Source of the DNA: Alphaproteobacteria bacterium
GTDB taxonomy: Bacteria > Pseudomonadota > Alphaproteobacteria > MPNO01 > UBA830
Assembly (NCBI GenBank): GCA_964291215.2
Contig: OZ219791.1
Coordinates: forward strand, 576,001 to 640,000
Length of the DNA: 64,000 nt
Direction of reading: 5' to 3'
Shown here: positions 51,572 through 61,665 of the stretch, one piece after another
Layout of the letters: every line of letters begins with the position of its first letter
Position numbering within the stretch: position 1 is the first letter of the stretch
Translations under genes and position numbers: made by a program
Notes under the pieces: generated by a model
Database searches by the model: none
What the model was told of the DNA's origin: nothing
The model's input: the letters and a program-made list of their open reading frames with translations, nothing else

Positions 51572-51731
51572 GTTCCGGTCTCCGGGTTGGCGGTCTTTGA
51601 CCGCAAGAGTATAGGGCCGGAATGATTGAGCGCAAAGCCGAATGCGGCAAATTTCCGGGATGCCCGGCGCTCCGGCGTCTCTGTCGCGCATCGATCTTGG
51701 CTGGTGTGCCCGGACAACGACGCCGCAATGA

Positions 51732-53060
51732 TCAGTCGGCGAACAGAAGACCGTTTATCGCTGCGAGCAGGGCGATCGCGACCAACCCGAATATTGCGCT
51801 AAAGAGAAGGTTGGGACCGAAGATCAGCTGTGTGCGCGAAACCCTGAACATCGCGCTTGCCGTGGCCACCGACACGGCGGTCACGCCCACCATCGAAGCG
51901 AACGCCCAGCCGACAAGCGCCGCCTCCATCATCACGAGATCGGCGACACCGGTGTCGACCGGCGAAAACGCGACCAGGACGACGATGATCGAGACCAGCT
52001 GGTGTATGCCGGCGAGCGCCGTCAGTGAAACGAAGCAGATGACGCAGGCGATCACGGCCCAGGGCGGCAGCGCAAGGGCGTCGATCATGGCGCTCAACCC
52101 TAGATCCCGGATCACGGCTTCGAGGATGCGTCCGAGCACCAGGGCTGTGGTGACGACGACGACCTCGTCGCGAACCAGACCGCAACCGGTCCAGGTGTCG
52201 GCGGCAAGCGCCCGCGCCCGCGTCTTGCCCCCGGCCAGCACGAGCGCTGCGAGGACCGGCGTTGCCGCGATCAGCGCGCCGAGCGTGCTCAGGCCGGCCA
52301 CGCCCGATAGAGCCGCGATCAGCAGCGCGCACAGCGCCACCGCAGGGATGATCGGTGCGTAGCCCCGCACGGCCCGCCACAGCGCGCCGGGCGCGATGCC
52401 GCGCCCCTGCATGGCGAGACCGATGACAAGTCCGACGGCCGCCATGCAGAGGCCGAGAGACATGATTTCCCAGGCCGGGACACCGGGAATCTGCTGGGCG
52501 GTGAATGCGGCCGCGACCCAGAAGGGCGACCACAGCGGAGCAAGACACAGGCCCCGCTGCGCGGCCTCGGCGGTGCGGCGTCTCGTCTCGTCGTCACGCT
52601 CCTGCTTGAGAATGGATCCCTGTATGGCGAGCACGCCGACGACGAGCACCGAGCCGACGACATGGGCGCCGACAAGGTAGGCTCCGAGGGCTTCCTTCTT
52701 CCCCAGGCCGGCAAAGACCGTCCGGGTGCGGCTGATCTCGGGGCGGCGGTCGGCGAGCGCGCGCAGCAGCACGATGGAGCCGAAGAATGCCATGAAGATG
52801 GCGCTGTTCTCGAAACCCCGGATGACGCTGTCCCCGAGATCCAGGAGGGCCGCGAGCGCTGCAGCTGCGATGGCGAGCGGTGCGCAGAGGAAGAAGGTTC
52901 CCCTGCGGATGCGGATCACCGTCAGGACGATGTAGGCGATCATCAGCATCCCGGCGACCCGGCGGAGTTCGGGTGCCGACCAGACCAGTTGCACGATTTC
53001 CATGAGCCAGAGGGCGACAAGAACCGGTTCGGGCCGGGAGAATCTCGCGAGTGATCGCAT
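51732..53060 (-). CDS. Multi-pass membrane protein, putative transporter
   Basis: More than 10 hydrophobic segments and a RGLCLAPLWSPFWVA motif. Confidence 0.7.
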   Translation of the reverse strand: MRSLARFSRPEPVLVALWLMEIVQLVWSAPELRRVAGMLMIAYIVLTVIRIRRGTFFLCAPLAIAAAALAALLDLGDSVIRGFENSAIFMAFFGSIVLLRALADRRPEISRTRTVFAGLGKKEALGAYLVGAHVVGSVLVVGVLAIQGSILKQERDDETRRRTAEAAQRGLCLAPLWSPFWVAAAFTAQQIPGVPAWEIMSLGLCMAAVGLVIGLAMQGRGIAPGALWRAVRGYAPIIPAVALCALLIAALSGVAGLSTLGALIAATPVLAALVLAGGKTRARALAADTWTGCGLVRDEVVVVTTALVLGRILEAVIRDLGLSAMIDALALPPWAVIACVICFVSLTALAGIHQLVSIIVVLVAFSPVDTGVADLVMMEAALVGWAFASMVGVTAVSVATASAMFRVSRTQLIFGPNLLFSAIFGLVAIALLAAINGLLFAD

Positions 53061-53155
53061 GCAGTCGTCGCGTCAGGTCGGTCCGGCGCGAAGCCTTTCG
53101 GGCGCAAGCGGGCCGTGGCGGCGGGTTCCGTGGTTCGGCGGAATGGCCGCCGGCG

Positions 53156-54364
53156 TCATATCACGCCGCGCGACGTCAGCTCCGCGATCTTCTCCGGCGA
53201 GAGTTCGGCGAGTTCGCCCCACACATAGCCGTTGTCCTCACCGAGCCGGGGTCCGGAATGGCGGATCGCGCCGGGCGTGCGCGACAGCCGTGGTGCGACA
53301 TTCTGCATGGCGACTTCGCCGAGTTCGGGATGGTGCACGCGGGTGATGCTTTCCCGGGCGCGGAAATGCGGATCCTCCAGCATTTCGGGGGCGCGGTAGA
53401 TCTTGCCGTTGGGGATGCCGAAGCGGTTCAGCCGTTCCTCGAGATCCGCAGCGGGAAAGCGTGCCGTCCACTCGGAGATCAGGTCGTCGAGGGCGGCTTG
53501 ATTGGAGCCCCGGGCCTGGTGAGTCGCGTAGCGCTCGTCCGTCGCCAGTTCTGGCCGGTCCATCGCTTTGGCCATTCGCGCCCAGACCGAGTCCTGATTG
53601 GCGCCGATGACGAGCCACACGCCGTCACGCGCCGGATAGACGTTGGACGGCGCGATCTTGGGCAGAAACGACCCCGTGCGTTCGCGTATGTAGCCGCCGA
53701 TGTCGTAATCGATGACCGTGCTTTCCATCATGTTCAGAACCGACTCGTAGATCGAGGCGTCGACGACCTGGCCGCGCCCGGTGAGCCGCGCCTGATGAAG
53801 CGCCATCACCGCGCCCAGGCACGCATGCATCGCAGCCAGCGAATCGCCGATCGAGATCCCGGCCCGGCTCGGCGGAAGCGACGGGTCGCCGGTGGTGTAG
53901 CGCAGCCCGCCCATCGCTTCGCCGATCGCGCCGTAACCGGTGCGCTCGGAATAGGGGCCCGTCTGGCCGAAACCGGACACGCGGACCATGATCAGGCGGG
54001 GATTGACGGCCGCGAGATCCTCGTATCCCAGCCCCCAGCGCTCCATCGTGCCCGGGCGAAAGTTTTCGAGCACGATGTCGGCGCCCTCCACCAGTTTCCT
54101 GACCAGATCCTGGCCGTCGGCCTCGCGCGCGTTGAGCGTTGCGGAAAGCTTGTTCCGGGCGAGCACCGACCAGAACAGGGCCTTTCCGTGGGGCTTCTCC
54201 TTGCCCCATTGGCGCATCGGGTCGCCGTTTCCCGGCTGTTCGAGCTTGATGACCTCGGCGCCGTGGTCCGCTAGCAACTGGCCACAGAACGGTCCCGCGA
54301 TCATGGTTCCCATTTCAATGACCCGGATGTCGGAAAGGGGTCCGGAACGGTTTTCTCCGACCAT
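53156..54364 (-). CDS. Family III CoA-transferase (CaiB/BaiF)
   Basis: GPLSDIRVIE, AGPFCG, GAEVIKLE, ENFRPG and SGFGQTGPY motifs. Confidence 0.94.
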   Translation of the reverse strand: MVGENRSGPLSDIRVIEMGTMIAGPFCGQLLADHGAEVIKLEQPGNGDPMRQWGKEKPHGKALFWSVLARNKLSATLNAREADGQDLVRKLVEGADIVLENFRPGTMERWGLGYEDLAAVNPRLIMVRVSGFGQTGPYSERTGYGAIGEAMGGLRYTTGDPSLPPSRAGISIGDSLAAMHACLGAVMALHQARLTGRGQVVDASIYESVLNMMESTVIDYDIGGYIRERTGSFLPKIAPSNVYPARDGVWLVIGANQDSVWARMAKAMDRPELATDERYATHQARGSNQAALDDLISEWTARFPAADLEERLNRFGIPNGKIYRAPEMLEDPHFRARESITRVHHPELGEVAMQNVAPRLSRTPGAIRHSGPRLGEDNGYVWGELAELSPEKIAELTSRGVI

Positions 54365-54540
54365 CGTGCCGTCCTTGTCAGGGAGAGGGGGGCGTCGTGG
54401 AGGTGCCCGCCCATGTTTCCTGACTGGCCGTCGCGGGTCAAGTCGGCCCCACCGTGCCAATGCGATCCGCAGCCGCCGCATCCGTTTGCAAGCCTGCCAT
54501 CCGCGGCATATATCAGGATCGGGCAACCTCGAGAGGAAGA

Positions 54541-55470
54541 ATGATGGCGTCATCCGCAAACCGGATCGAGATCGTCGATGTCGGGCCGCGCGACGGGCTG
54601 CAGAACGAGCCCGTGACGCTCGATGTCGGGACGCGGGTGGCCTTCATCCGCAGGCTTGCCGGGGCGGGGGTGAGACGGCTCGAGGCGGCAAGTTTCGTGA
54701 ACCCCAAGCGAGTTCCCCAGATGGCCGGGGCCGAGGAGGTGTTCGAGGCGCTTGGCGACCGCGACGGGGTGACCTGCATCGGCCTCGTGCTGAACCGCCG
54801 CGGCCTCGACCGGGCGATCGCCGCCGGTTGCCGCGAGGTCAACTACGCGCTGGTCGCGTCTGACGCGTTCAGCCAGAGGAACCAGGGAACAACGATCGAA
54901 CAGGCCGTGGAAGTCTACAGGGACATAGCCGGCGCCGCGCGCGCCGCCGGCGTCCGATGTTCGCTGACGATCTCGACCGCGTTCGGCTGCCCTTTCCAGG
55001 GCGAGGTGCCGCCGAACCGGGTCATCGGGCTGGTCGCGGAGTGTGCCGACGAAGAACCTTTCGAGATTGCGCTTGCCGACACCATAGGCTGCGCGGTGCC
55101 GAGCCAGGTCGCCGACCTGTTCGGGGCAGTGATGGAACAGGTGCCCGCGGTGGCATTCCGGGCACATTTCCACAACACGCGGAACACCGGGCTTGCCAAC
55201 TGCTATGCGGCCGTCGAGTCTGGCATCCGCGTCCTCGACGCGTCCGCGGGCGGCATCGGCGGCTGCCCGTTCGCGCCGCGCGCCACCGGAAACGTGCCGT
55301 CCGAAGACCTTGTCTACATGCTTCACAGGATGGGATTCGAGACCGGCATCGATCTCGACAGGCTGATCGAAGCCGGGCTGTGGATCGGCGGGCAACTCGA
55401 CCATCCGGTACCTGCGATGCTCGGCCGGGCCGGCGTGTTCCCGCCGTCCGAGCCTCGGATGCAGGCTTGA
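54541..55470 (+). CDS. Hydroxymethylglutaryl-CoA lyase family protein
   Basis: VGPRDGLQNE, LADTIG, HFHNT and GGCPFAPRATGN motifs. Confidence 0.93.
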   Translation: MMASSANRIEIVDVGPRDGLQNEPVTLDVGTRVAFIRRLAGAGVRRLEAASFVNPKRVPQMAGAEEVFEALGDRDGVTCIGLVLNRRGLDRAIAAGCREVNYALVASDAFSQRNQGTTIEQAVEVYRDIAGAARAAGVRCSLTISTAFGCPFQGEVPPNRVIGLVAECADEEPFEIALADTIGCAVPSQVADLFGAVMEQVPAVAFRAHFHNTRNTGLANCYAAVESGIRVLDASAGGIGGCPFAPRATGNVPSEDLVYMLHRMGFETGIDLDRLIEAGLWIGGQLDHPVPAMLGRAGVFPPSEPRMQA

Positions 55471-55494
55471 TCGGTGCCCGGCCTCGCTGCGCGC

Positions 55495-56034
55495 CTACAG
55501 GTTTCCGTCGTCGCCGTCGGGGTTGGTGAACGGCGCGCGCAGCCGGGCGCCGGCGCTCTCCCGCCAGTGCCCGAGCGCCCAGCGCACCGACGGGAACGCG
55601 AGGTCGTTCCAGGGTATGTCCGCCCACTCGAACAGCTCGAGTTCGAGCGTCTCCTCGCCGGCGGCGAACTCCCCGTCCTCCAGCCGCGCCCGATAGATCA
55701 GCTGAACTTGGCTAATGCGCGGGATGGTGTAGACCGCGAGCAGCCCGTCGATCGCGATGCGTGCGCAAGCCTCTTCGGCAGCCTCCCTTATCGCGCCGGC
55801 CTCCGTCGTCTCGTTGAGTTCGAGATAGCCGGCTGGAATGGTCCAGAAGCCGCGCCGAGGCTCGATGGCGCGGCGGCACAGCAATATCCGGCCGTCATGG
55901 GCGCAGACCGAGCCCACGATGACCTTGGGGTTCTCGTAATGGATGAACCCGCAATCCGAGCACACCAGCCGCGGACGGTTGTCCCCGTCCGGAGTCCGGC
56001 GCTCGAACGGGGAGGAAGATGATGATCGTGGCAT
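55495..56034 (-). CDS. NUDIX hydrolase with N-terminal zinc ribbon
   Basis: CSDCGFIHYENP and Nudix box GYLELNETTEAGAIREAAEE. Confidence 0.9.
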   Translation of the reverse strand: MPRSSSSSPFERRTPDGDNRPRLVCSDCGFIHYENPKVIVGSVCAHDGRILLCRRAIEPRRGFWTIPAGYLELNETTEAGAIREAAEEACARIAIDGLLAVYTIPRISQVQLIYRARLEDGEFAAGEETLELELFEWADIPWNDLAFPSVRWALGHWRESAGARLRAPFTNPDGDDGNL

Positions 56035-56222
56035 GGCCGGAGGATGTCGCGCCCGGGCGGCCAGTGCAAGCGAACGCTCCTGCGGGTTCCAGACGCGCGG
56101 CGCCGAGTTCGGCCCGGCAAGCGCTGTTGCTGCCGGACGGCATGCTATAACGGGAGCGGGCAAGGTGCCGGATGTCCGCCGCTCCGGACGCGGCGGCGGC
56201 AGGTAGCCAGGAGAGGCCTTTC

Positions 56223-57263
56223 GTGAAAGCTCTCGTTCTTCATGAGGCAGGAGCGCCATTCTCGCTTGTGGAGGTCCCGGATCCGGCGCCCGGACCCGAT
56301 GACGCGTTGGCGAAGGTGATTGCCTGCGGTGCCGGGCTTACGATCCAGCACGTCAAGGCGGGACGCACCGAAGTCGGGTTCCCGCGGATCATCGGCCACG
56401 AGATCACCGGAGTTATCGAGGCCGTCGGGCGCAACGTTACCGGCCTTGCTCTCGGGGATCCGGTCACCGCGTACTTCTATCTGACGTGTGGACAATGCCG
56501 GTGGTGTCGGATCGGCCGCGAGACGCTGTGCACGAACTTCGGCGGGTATGTGGGCCGGGCCTGCGACGGCGGCTATGCAGAGCTGATCCGGTTGCCGGCG
56601 CGGAATTTCATCCCGCTGCCACCGGGACTGGACTGGCAGGGATCGCCAGCGGAAATCGGAGTTATTACCGATGCCATCGCGACGCCGGTCAAGGTGGTTC
56701 GCCATGCCGGGATTGCCGCCGGCGAGACGGTGGCGGTGTTCGGCGCCGGCGGCGGACTCGGCATCCACATGATCATGCTCGCGCGCTGGGCGCATGCCCG
56801 CGTCATTGCCGTCGAGATCGACGGCGGCAAACATGACGACTGCCGCCGGGCGGGCGCGGAACATTGCGTGAATCCGCACGAGGTCGATACCGTGGAGGCG
56901 CTGTGGGACCTCGGTGGCGGCAGCATTGACGTTGCCGTGGATTTCGTGTCGTCGAGGGGAACGCTGGAGGCAGGCGTGCGTGCGCTCGGACGTGGTGGAC
57001 GGCTGATAACCCTCGGCGGCGCCAGCCAGGCGTTCGAGGCGCAAGCGTCCGACATGCTCGAAAAGGAACTCGTGCTCATGGGCAGCCGTTACGCGACGCG
57101 GCAGGAGGTGATCGACTCGCTCGATCTCTGCGCCCGCGGCGAAATCCGGCCGCTCGTCACCGAGACCGTCGCCATGGACGGCGCCGAGGCTCTGCACGCC
57201 CGTATAGAGAAGGGGAAGGTCACCGGCCGCGCGGCCGTGATGATCGGCGACGCCGTTCCATGA
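56223..57263 (+). CDS. Zinc-binding MDR alcohol dehydrogenase family protein
   Basis: GHE, CGQCRWC...C structural zinc motif and GAGGGLG. Confidence 0.88.
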   Translation: MKALVLHEAGAPFSLVEVPDPAPGPDDALAKVIACGAGLTIQHVKAGRTEVGFPRIIGHEITGVIEAVGRNVTGLALGDPVTAYFYLTCGQCRWCRIGRETLCTNFGGYVGRACDGGYAELIRLPARNFIPLPPGLDWQGSPAEIGVITDAIATPVKVVRHAGIAAGETVAVFGAGGGLGIHMIMLARWAHARVIAVEIDGGKHDDCRRAGAEHCVNPHEVDTVEALWDLGGGSIDVAVDFVSSRGTLEAGVRALGRGGRLITLGGASQAFEAQASDMLEKELVLMGSRYATRQEVIDSLDLCARGEIRPLVTETVAMDGAEALHARIEKGKVTGRAAVMIGDAVP

Positions 57264-57296
57264 TCTCCGGCGCGCGGCCGCGCTGGACGGGGTGAC

Positions 57297-59624
57297 GTGT
57301 TCGGGCAACGGATACCGCGGCGCGAGGACCCTGCCCTGCTGCGGGGCCGCGCCCGCTTCGTCGATGACATCCGGCTTCCCGGGATGCTGCATGCGGTTTT
57401 TCTCCGGAGCCCTCACGCCCATGCTCGCATCCGGCGCATCGATGCCTCGGCAGCCTTGGCCCGCCCCGGTGTCGTCGCGGTCTACACGGTCGACGACTTC
57501 CGCCCCTTCCTGACCGATCCGGTCATGCCGCTGGAACAGCCCTCGGGTGCGCTCCGGCAGTCGGTGAGCCCCTCCGTGCTCGCCGAGCGCGAGGTGCGCT
57601 ATGTCGGCGAACCGGTTGCCTGCGTCGCTGCCGAATCCCCCTACCTTGCCGAGGACGCGGCGGCGGCGATCGAGGTGGACTACGAAGCGCTGCCCGTCTC
57701 GGCGGATTACAGGCGCGCACTTGATGACGGCGCTCCGCCCGCGCATGCCGGCAGCCCGCATAATCTGGTGGCCGCGTTCACGCTTGCCTATGGCGACCTC
57801 GATGCGGCGTTTTCGGGGACCGCGCATGTCTTTCGCGAAGAGCTGCAACAGCACAAGGGCCTCGGCCACGCCATCGAGTGCCGCGGCGTGGCCGCCTTCA
57901 TGGACCGCCGCGACGGCGTGCTGACGGTGTGGTCAGGAACCCAGATGGCGCACCGCGCGCGGTCGGTGCTCGTGCAGATGCTCGGCATGCCGGAAGACCG
58001 GATCAGGGTCACGGCGCCGCATGTCGGCGGCGGCTTCGGACCCAAGTTCGTCTTCTACCCGGAAGAGGCGGCGGTTCCGCTGGCGGCGAAGCTTCTCGAC
58101 AGGCCGGTCAAGTGGACGGAGGACAGGCGCGAGCATTTTACGGCGGCAACCATGGAGCGCGACCAGCTGTGGGACCTTGAAGCCGCGGTCGATGCCGACG
58201 GGCGCCTGCGCGGCGTCCGTGGCGCCATGATTCACGATCATGGTGCCTACACGCCCTACGGCGTCAACCTTCCCTACAATTCGGCGACCAATTTCCTCGG
58301 GCCCTACGAGCTTCCGGCGCTGTCCCTCGACGTGCGGCTGGCGCTGACGAACATGACGCCGGTCACGCCGGTGCGCGGCGCCGGTCGTCCGCAGGGAACC
58401 TTCGCCATGGAACGCCTGATGGACCGCATCGCCCGCGAGCTCGGGCTCGACCGGGCAGAAGCGCGGCGGCGCAACATGATCCCGCCCGCGCGGATGCCCC
58501 ACGAAACTCCGGTCAGAACCCGCGACGGGTCCGCGATGACCTATGATTCCGGGGACTTCCCGGGCGCCATGGATGCGGCGCTTGCGCGCGCTGGCTACCG
58601 GGATTTCGGGAACCGGCAACGCGCTGCGCGCGCCGGGGGGCGGCATATCGGAATCGGCGTCGCGAACTATGTCGAGGGCACCGGGCGGGGGCCGTTCGAA
58701 TCCGCCATCGTCCGCGTCGCGCCCTCGGGCCATATCGCCGTCATGACGGGAGCGACCGATCAGGGTCAGGGCCTGTCGACATCGCTGGCGCAGGTCTGTG
58801 CCGCGCAACTCGGCGTGGATATCGAGCGGATCGACGTTGTTGCCGGGGACACGGCGCCGGTGGCGCTGGGGCTCGGTGCATTTGCGAGCCGCCAGGCGGT
58901 AACCGCCGGTTCTTCGGTCCACGTTGCCGCGGGCGCCGTGCGGGACAAGGCGCTGAAGGTGGCGTCGCATCTCCTCGAGGCGGCCGAGGAGGATCTCGAG
59001 CTGGACGGCGGCCGGGTCTCGGTCCGCGGCGCCCCGGCTCTCTCCGTCGGCCTCGGCGACATCGCCCGCGCCGTGCAGGGCATGCCGGGCTTCTCGCTTC
59101 CAGGCGGGGTCGAGCCCGGGATGGAGGCTGCGGCGCATTTCTCGCCGGAGACCCTGACCTACTGCCACGGCACCCATGTCGCCGAGGTCGAGGTCGACAC
59201 CGGCACCGGCCGGGTCGCGATCCTGAACTATGTCATCGTTCACGACAGCGGCCGCCTCATCAACCCGATGATCGTCGACGGGCAGGTGACGGGCGGCGCG
59301 GTGCACGGGCTCGGCTGCGCCCTCTTCGAACGCATGATCTACGACGATCACGGTCAGCCGCTGACCACAAATTTCGGGGAGTATCTCCTCCCTTCCGCCC
59401 CCGAGGCGCCGCGTTTCGACATCATCCACCAGGAAAGCCCCACGCCGCTCAACCCGCTCGGCGTCAAGGGTGCGGGCGAGGGCGGCGTCATCCCGGTTGC
59501 TGCCGCGATGTCGTCGGCCGTCGAGGACGCGTTGACGCCTTGGGGCGTGGTCATCTCCGAGCTGCCGATCAGGCCCGAACACCTCGTGGAGATGATTCGC
59601 AACGCGCCCGGTACCGGGGGATGA
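57297..59624 (+). CDS. Xanthine dehydrogenase/CoxL-like molybdopterin-binding subunit
   Basis: RREDPALLRG, VGGGFG, VRGAGRP, GAFASR, INPMIVDGQ and GVKGAGE motifs. Confidence 0.93.
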   Translation: MFGQRIPRREDPALLRGRARFVDDIRLPGMLHAVFLRSPHAHARIRRIDASAALARPGVVAVYTVDDFRPFLTDPVMPLEQPSGALRQSVSPSVLAEREVRYVGEPVACVAAESPYLAEDAAAAIEVDYEALPVSADYRRALDDGAPPAHAGSPHNLVAAFTLAYGDLDAAFSGTAHVFREELQQHKGLGHAIECRGVAAFMDRRDGVLTVWSGTQMAHRARSVLVQMLGMPEDRIRVTAPHVGGGFGPKFVFYPEEAAVPLAAKLLDRPVKWTEDRREHFTAATMERDQLWDLEAAVDADGRLRGVRGAMIHDHGAYTPYGVNLPYNSATNFLGPYELPALSLDVRLALTNMTPVTPVRGAGRPQGTFAMERLMDRIARELGLDRAEARRRNMIPPARMPHETPVRTRDGSAMTYDSGDFPGAMDAALARAGYRDFGNRQRAARAGGRHIGIGVANYVEGTGRGPFESAIVRVAPSGHIAVMTGATDQGQGLSTSLAQVCAAQLGVDIERIDVVAGDTAPVALGLGAFASRQAVTAGSSVHVAAGAVRDKALKVASHLLEAAEEDLELDGGRVSVRGAPALSVGLGDIARAVQGMPGFSLPGGVEPGMEAAAHFSPETLTYCHGTHVAEVEVDTGTGRVAILNYVIVHDSGRLINPMIVDGQVTGGAVHGLGCALFERMIYDDHGQPLTTNFGEYLLPSAPEAPRFDIIHQESPTPLNPLGVKGAGEGGVIPVAAAMSSAVEDALTPWGVVISELPIRPEHLVEMIRNAPGTGG

Positions 59625-59647
59625 GACCCGGAAGGTGCGGCGGCGGT

Positions 59648-61141
59648 TCAGGCGGCGCTGAACTGGCCGTGGAAAGCCAGCGGCAGCGGATAAGGCAGCC
59701 AGCCATAGGCCAGCGGTCCGTCCGCTATTCGGCGTGCGTCGAAGACGGTGATGCCGCTCACCCCGCGCTCATATGCGAGGACGGTGCCTACGAGCCAGCC
59801 GTCATCCTCCGCGCGGGCGTCCGGAGACGGCACGAAGACGTGTTCCTCGGGAAGGATTCCGGCAGCGAAGGTGAAGCTCTCCTCGGTTCCGCGTTCGAGG
59901 TCGCGCTTTGCAACCGACGGCAGGAGCCAATTCGGGTTGCCGGTGCCCGCCAGCATGTAGACGTAGCGGTTGCGCAGCCCCGTCAGGTGATCCGCGATGC
60001 GCGGAAACTCCGCGGGCCCGCTTTCCTCCTCGATTCGGGCCCGGCCGTCCGGGAACAGCGCGAACCTGGTGTAATGTTCGGGCGTGGCGGGGCTCAACCG
60101 GCCACGCATAACGTCGCGCAGCGAATCGGTGACGATGCGGGAGTCAGCGGCCACGCAGTGGTCGAAACGGATGACCCCGCGGGCGTCTTCCCAGCCGTTG
60201 CCGTGGTGGAAACCGAAGCCCGCCGGCAACTGCGCCCATCGCCGGTCACCAAAATCGTCCTTCGACACGACGAGCGCGCGGGAACCCAGCTCCGGGCGCC
60301 AGGCGTGGCTGTCGAGGAAGGTGCCCGCGCGTCCGTGCTCGTGAACGAGGGGCGGGATGACAATGACCAGGTGCCTGCGGGTCACGACGAAATCGTGGAC
60401 CATGCCGAGAGGCGCCACATGCACCGGTCTCGCCTTCACCAGCCGCCCGTCCGGTCCGATGTGATAGAGCAGCAGGACCGGCTTCTCTCCAAGCACGTAG
60501 CCGAAGGCCCAGACGGTGCCGTCGGCCTCGACCTTGGGATGCGCCGTGAAGGGCAGGCCTTCGAGGCCGTGGCCCCACGACTTGAACCCCGTCCATTCGA
60601 GGCTGTCGCGCGCGACGATGCTGGCCGAGCCGCCCTCCCAGAGCGCGAGGAGTTCGCCGTGGTGGTCGAGCACGGAGATGTTGGCGACGTTGACGTCGTC
60701 CGGCCGCCGGACCGGTGCGGCGTCCTCGACCGGCGTTGCGAAAGCCGTGTAGAGCCGCCGGCCCGCGGCGTCTTCGCGCCGGAGCTTGGGGGTCATCAGC
60801 ACCCGGCCGCGGTGCGAGACGCCGCTGCCGGTGAAGCGGAACTCCTGGAGCATCCCGTCGCCCTCGAACCAGTGGCCGTAGCGGAAGCCGTGGCGGTCAT
60901 GGACGGCGGGTCCGTTGCGGCGCAGCACGCCCTGGAGGTCCGGCGGCAGCCGGCCCTCGATGGTCAGGGCTGGGTGGTCGAGGCGGTCCGCGAGCGGTCC
61001 GGCCCAGCCCAGGAGCCGCGGGTCACTCCGGGGGGCAGCGGCGCCGTTTCTGCCGCCGGGCGCGGCGATTGCCGACAGCAGGGGAGCCGCGGCGACCGGG
61101 CAGCCCGCGGCGGCGAAGAGGAACTGTCTGCGATCCAGCAT
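59648..61141 (-). CDS. Carotenoid oxygenase/lignostilbene dioxygenase family protein with Tat signal
   Basis: N-terminal DRRQFL, RNGP and HWFEGDGM; four iron-ligand His contexts TAHPK, VHDF, FHHGN and AFHG; EDDGW. Confidence 0.9.
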   Translation of the reverse strand: MLDRRQFLFAAAGCPVAAAPLLSAIAAPGGRNGAAAPRSDPRLLGWAGPLADRLDHPALTIEGRLPPDLQGVLRRNGPAVHDRHGFRYGHWFEGDGMLQEFRFTGSGVSHRGRVLMTPKLRREDAAGRRLYTAFATPVEDAAPVRRPDDVNVANISVLDHHGELLALWEGGSASIVARDSLEWTGFKSWGHGLEGLPFTAHPKVEADGTVWAFGYVLGEKPVLLLYHIGPDGRLVKARPVHVAPLGMVHDFVVTRRHLVIVIPPLVHEHGRAGTFLDSHAWRPELGSRALVVSKDDFGDRRWAQLPAGFGFHHGNGWEDARGVIRFDHCVAADSRIVTDSLRDVMRGRLSPATPEHYTRFALFPDGRARIEEESGPAEFPRIADHLTGLRNRYVYMLAGTGNPNWLLPSVAKRDLERGTEESFTFAAGILPEEHVFVPSPDARAEDDGWLVGTVLAYERGVSGITVFDARRIADGPLAYGWLPYPLPLAFHGQFSAA

Positions 61142-61152
61142 GGTGGGTGCCC

Positions 61153-61590
61153 CTAGTAGGAAAGCGCGAGTCTTGCCGGCACGGTGCCGGTCTCGCCGAC
61201 CACGACCGAGGCATCGGCGAAGCTGGGCGGTCCCATCACCCCGGCCGCGTCGTTGGCGAAACCGTACCCCTCCCGGGGGATGCCGAGGATGTTGGTGTCG
61301 AGCTCCTCGTTGGCGTTTTCGTCATGGAACGCGTTGACGGCGTAGCGTCCGGGCGCGAGGTCGCGGAAGGCCATGCGGACCGGTCCGCCGTCGGCAAGGC
61401 GCCAGCCGCCGGCGACCATGCCCGCGGCGTCAGGAAAGCTGACGTTGTCCACAGGCCTGTGGACGGCGACGTAGACCCGGCCCTGGTCTGAACGGATGCC
61501 CTCGACCTCTATGGCGAGGTCGCCGGCGGCAGCCGGCAGGGCGAGGAATGCGGCGGCAAGCAGCGCCGGTGCGGATCGGAGAAGCGGCAT
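61153..61590 (-). CDS. DUF2141 family secreted protein
   Basis: Signal peptide, then PGRYAVNAFHDENANEELDTNILGIPREGYGFAN...PPSF; GAGGAGG RBS. Confidence 0.88.
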   Translation of the reverse strand: MPLLRSAPALLAAAFLALPAAAGDLAIEVEGIRSDQGRVYVAVHRPVDNVSFPDAAGMVAGGWRLADGGPVRMAFRDLAPGRYAVNAFHDENANEELDTNILGIPREGYGFANDAAGVMGPPSFADASVVVGETGTVPARLALSY

Positions 61591-61665
61591 CGGGTGTATC
61601 CTCCTCGGATGGTTGATAGTATGGCGCACTGCGGGCGGCGCGCCCTGTTCGGAACAGGATGTGGG

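Noticed and set aside
57297-59624. Aerobic CO dehydrogenase (form I coxL)
   Set aside because: It lacks the AYxCSFR loop and has no adjacent coxMS or accessory genes.
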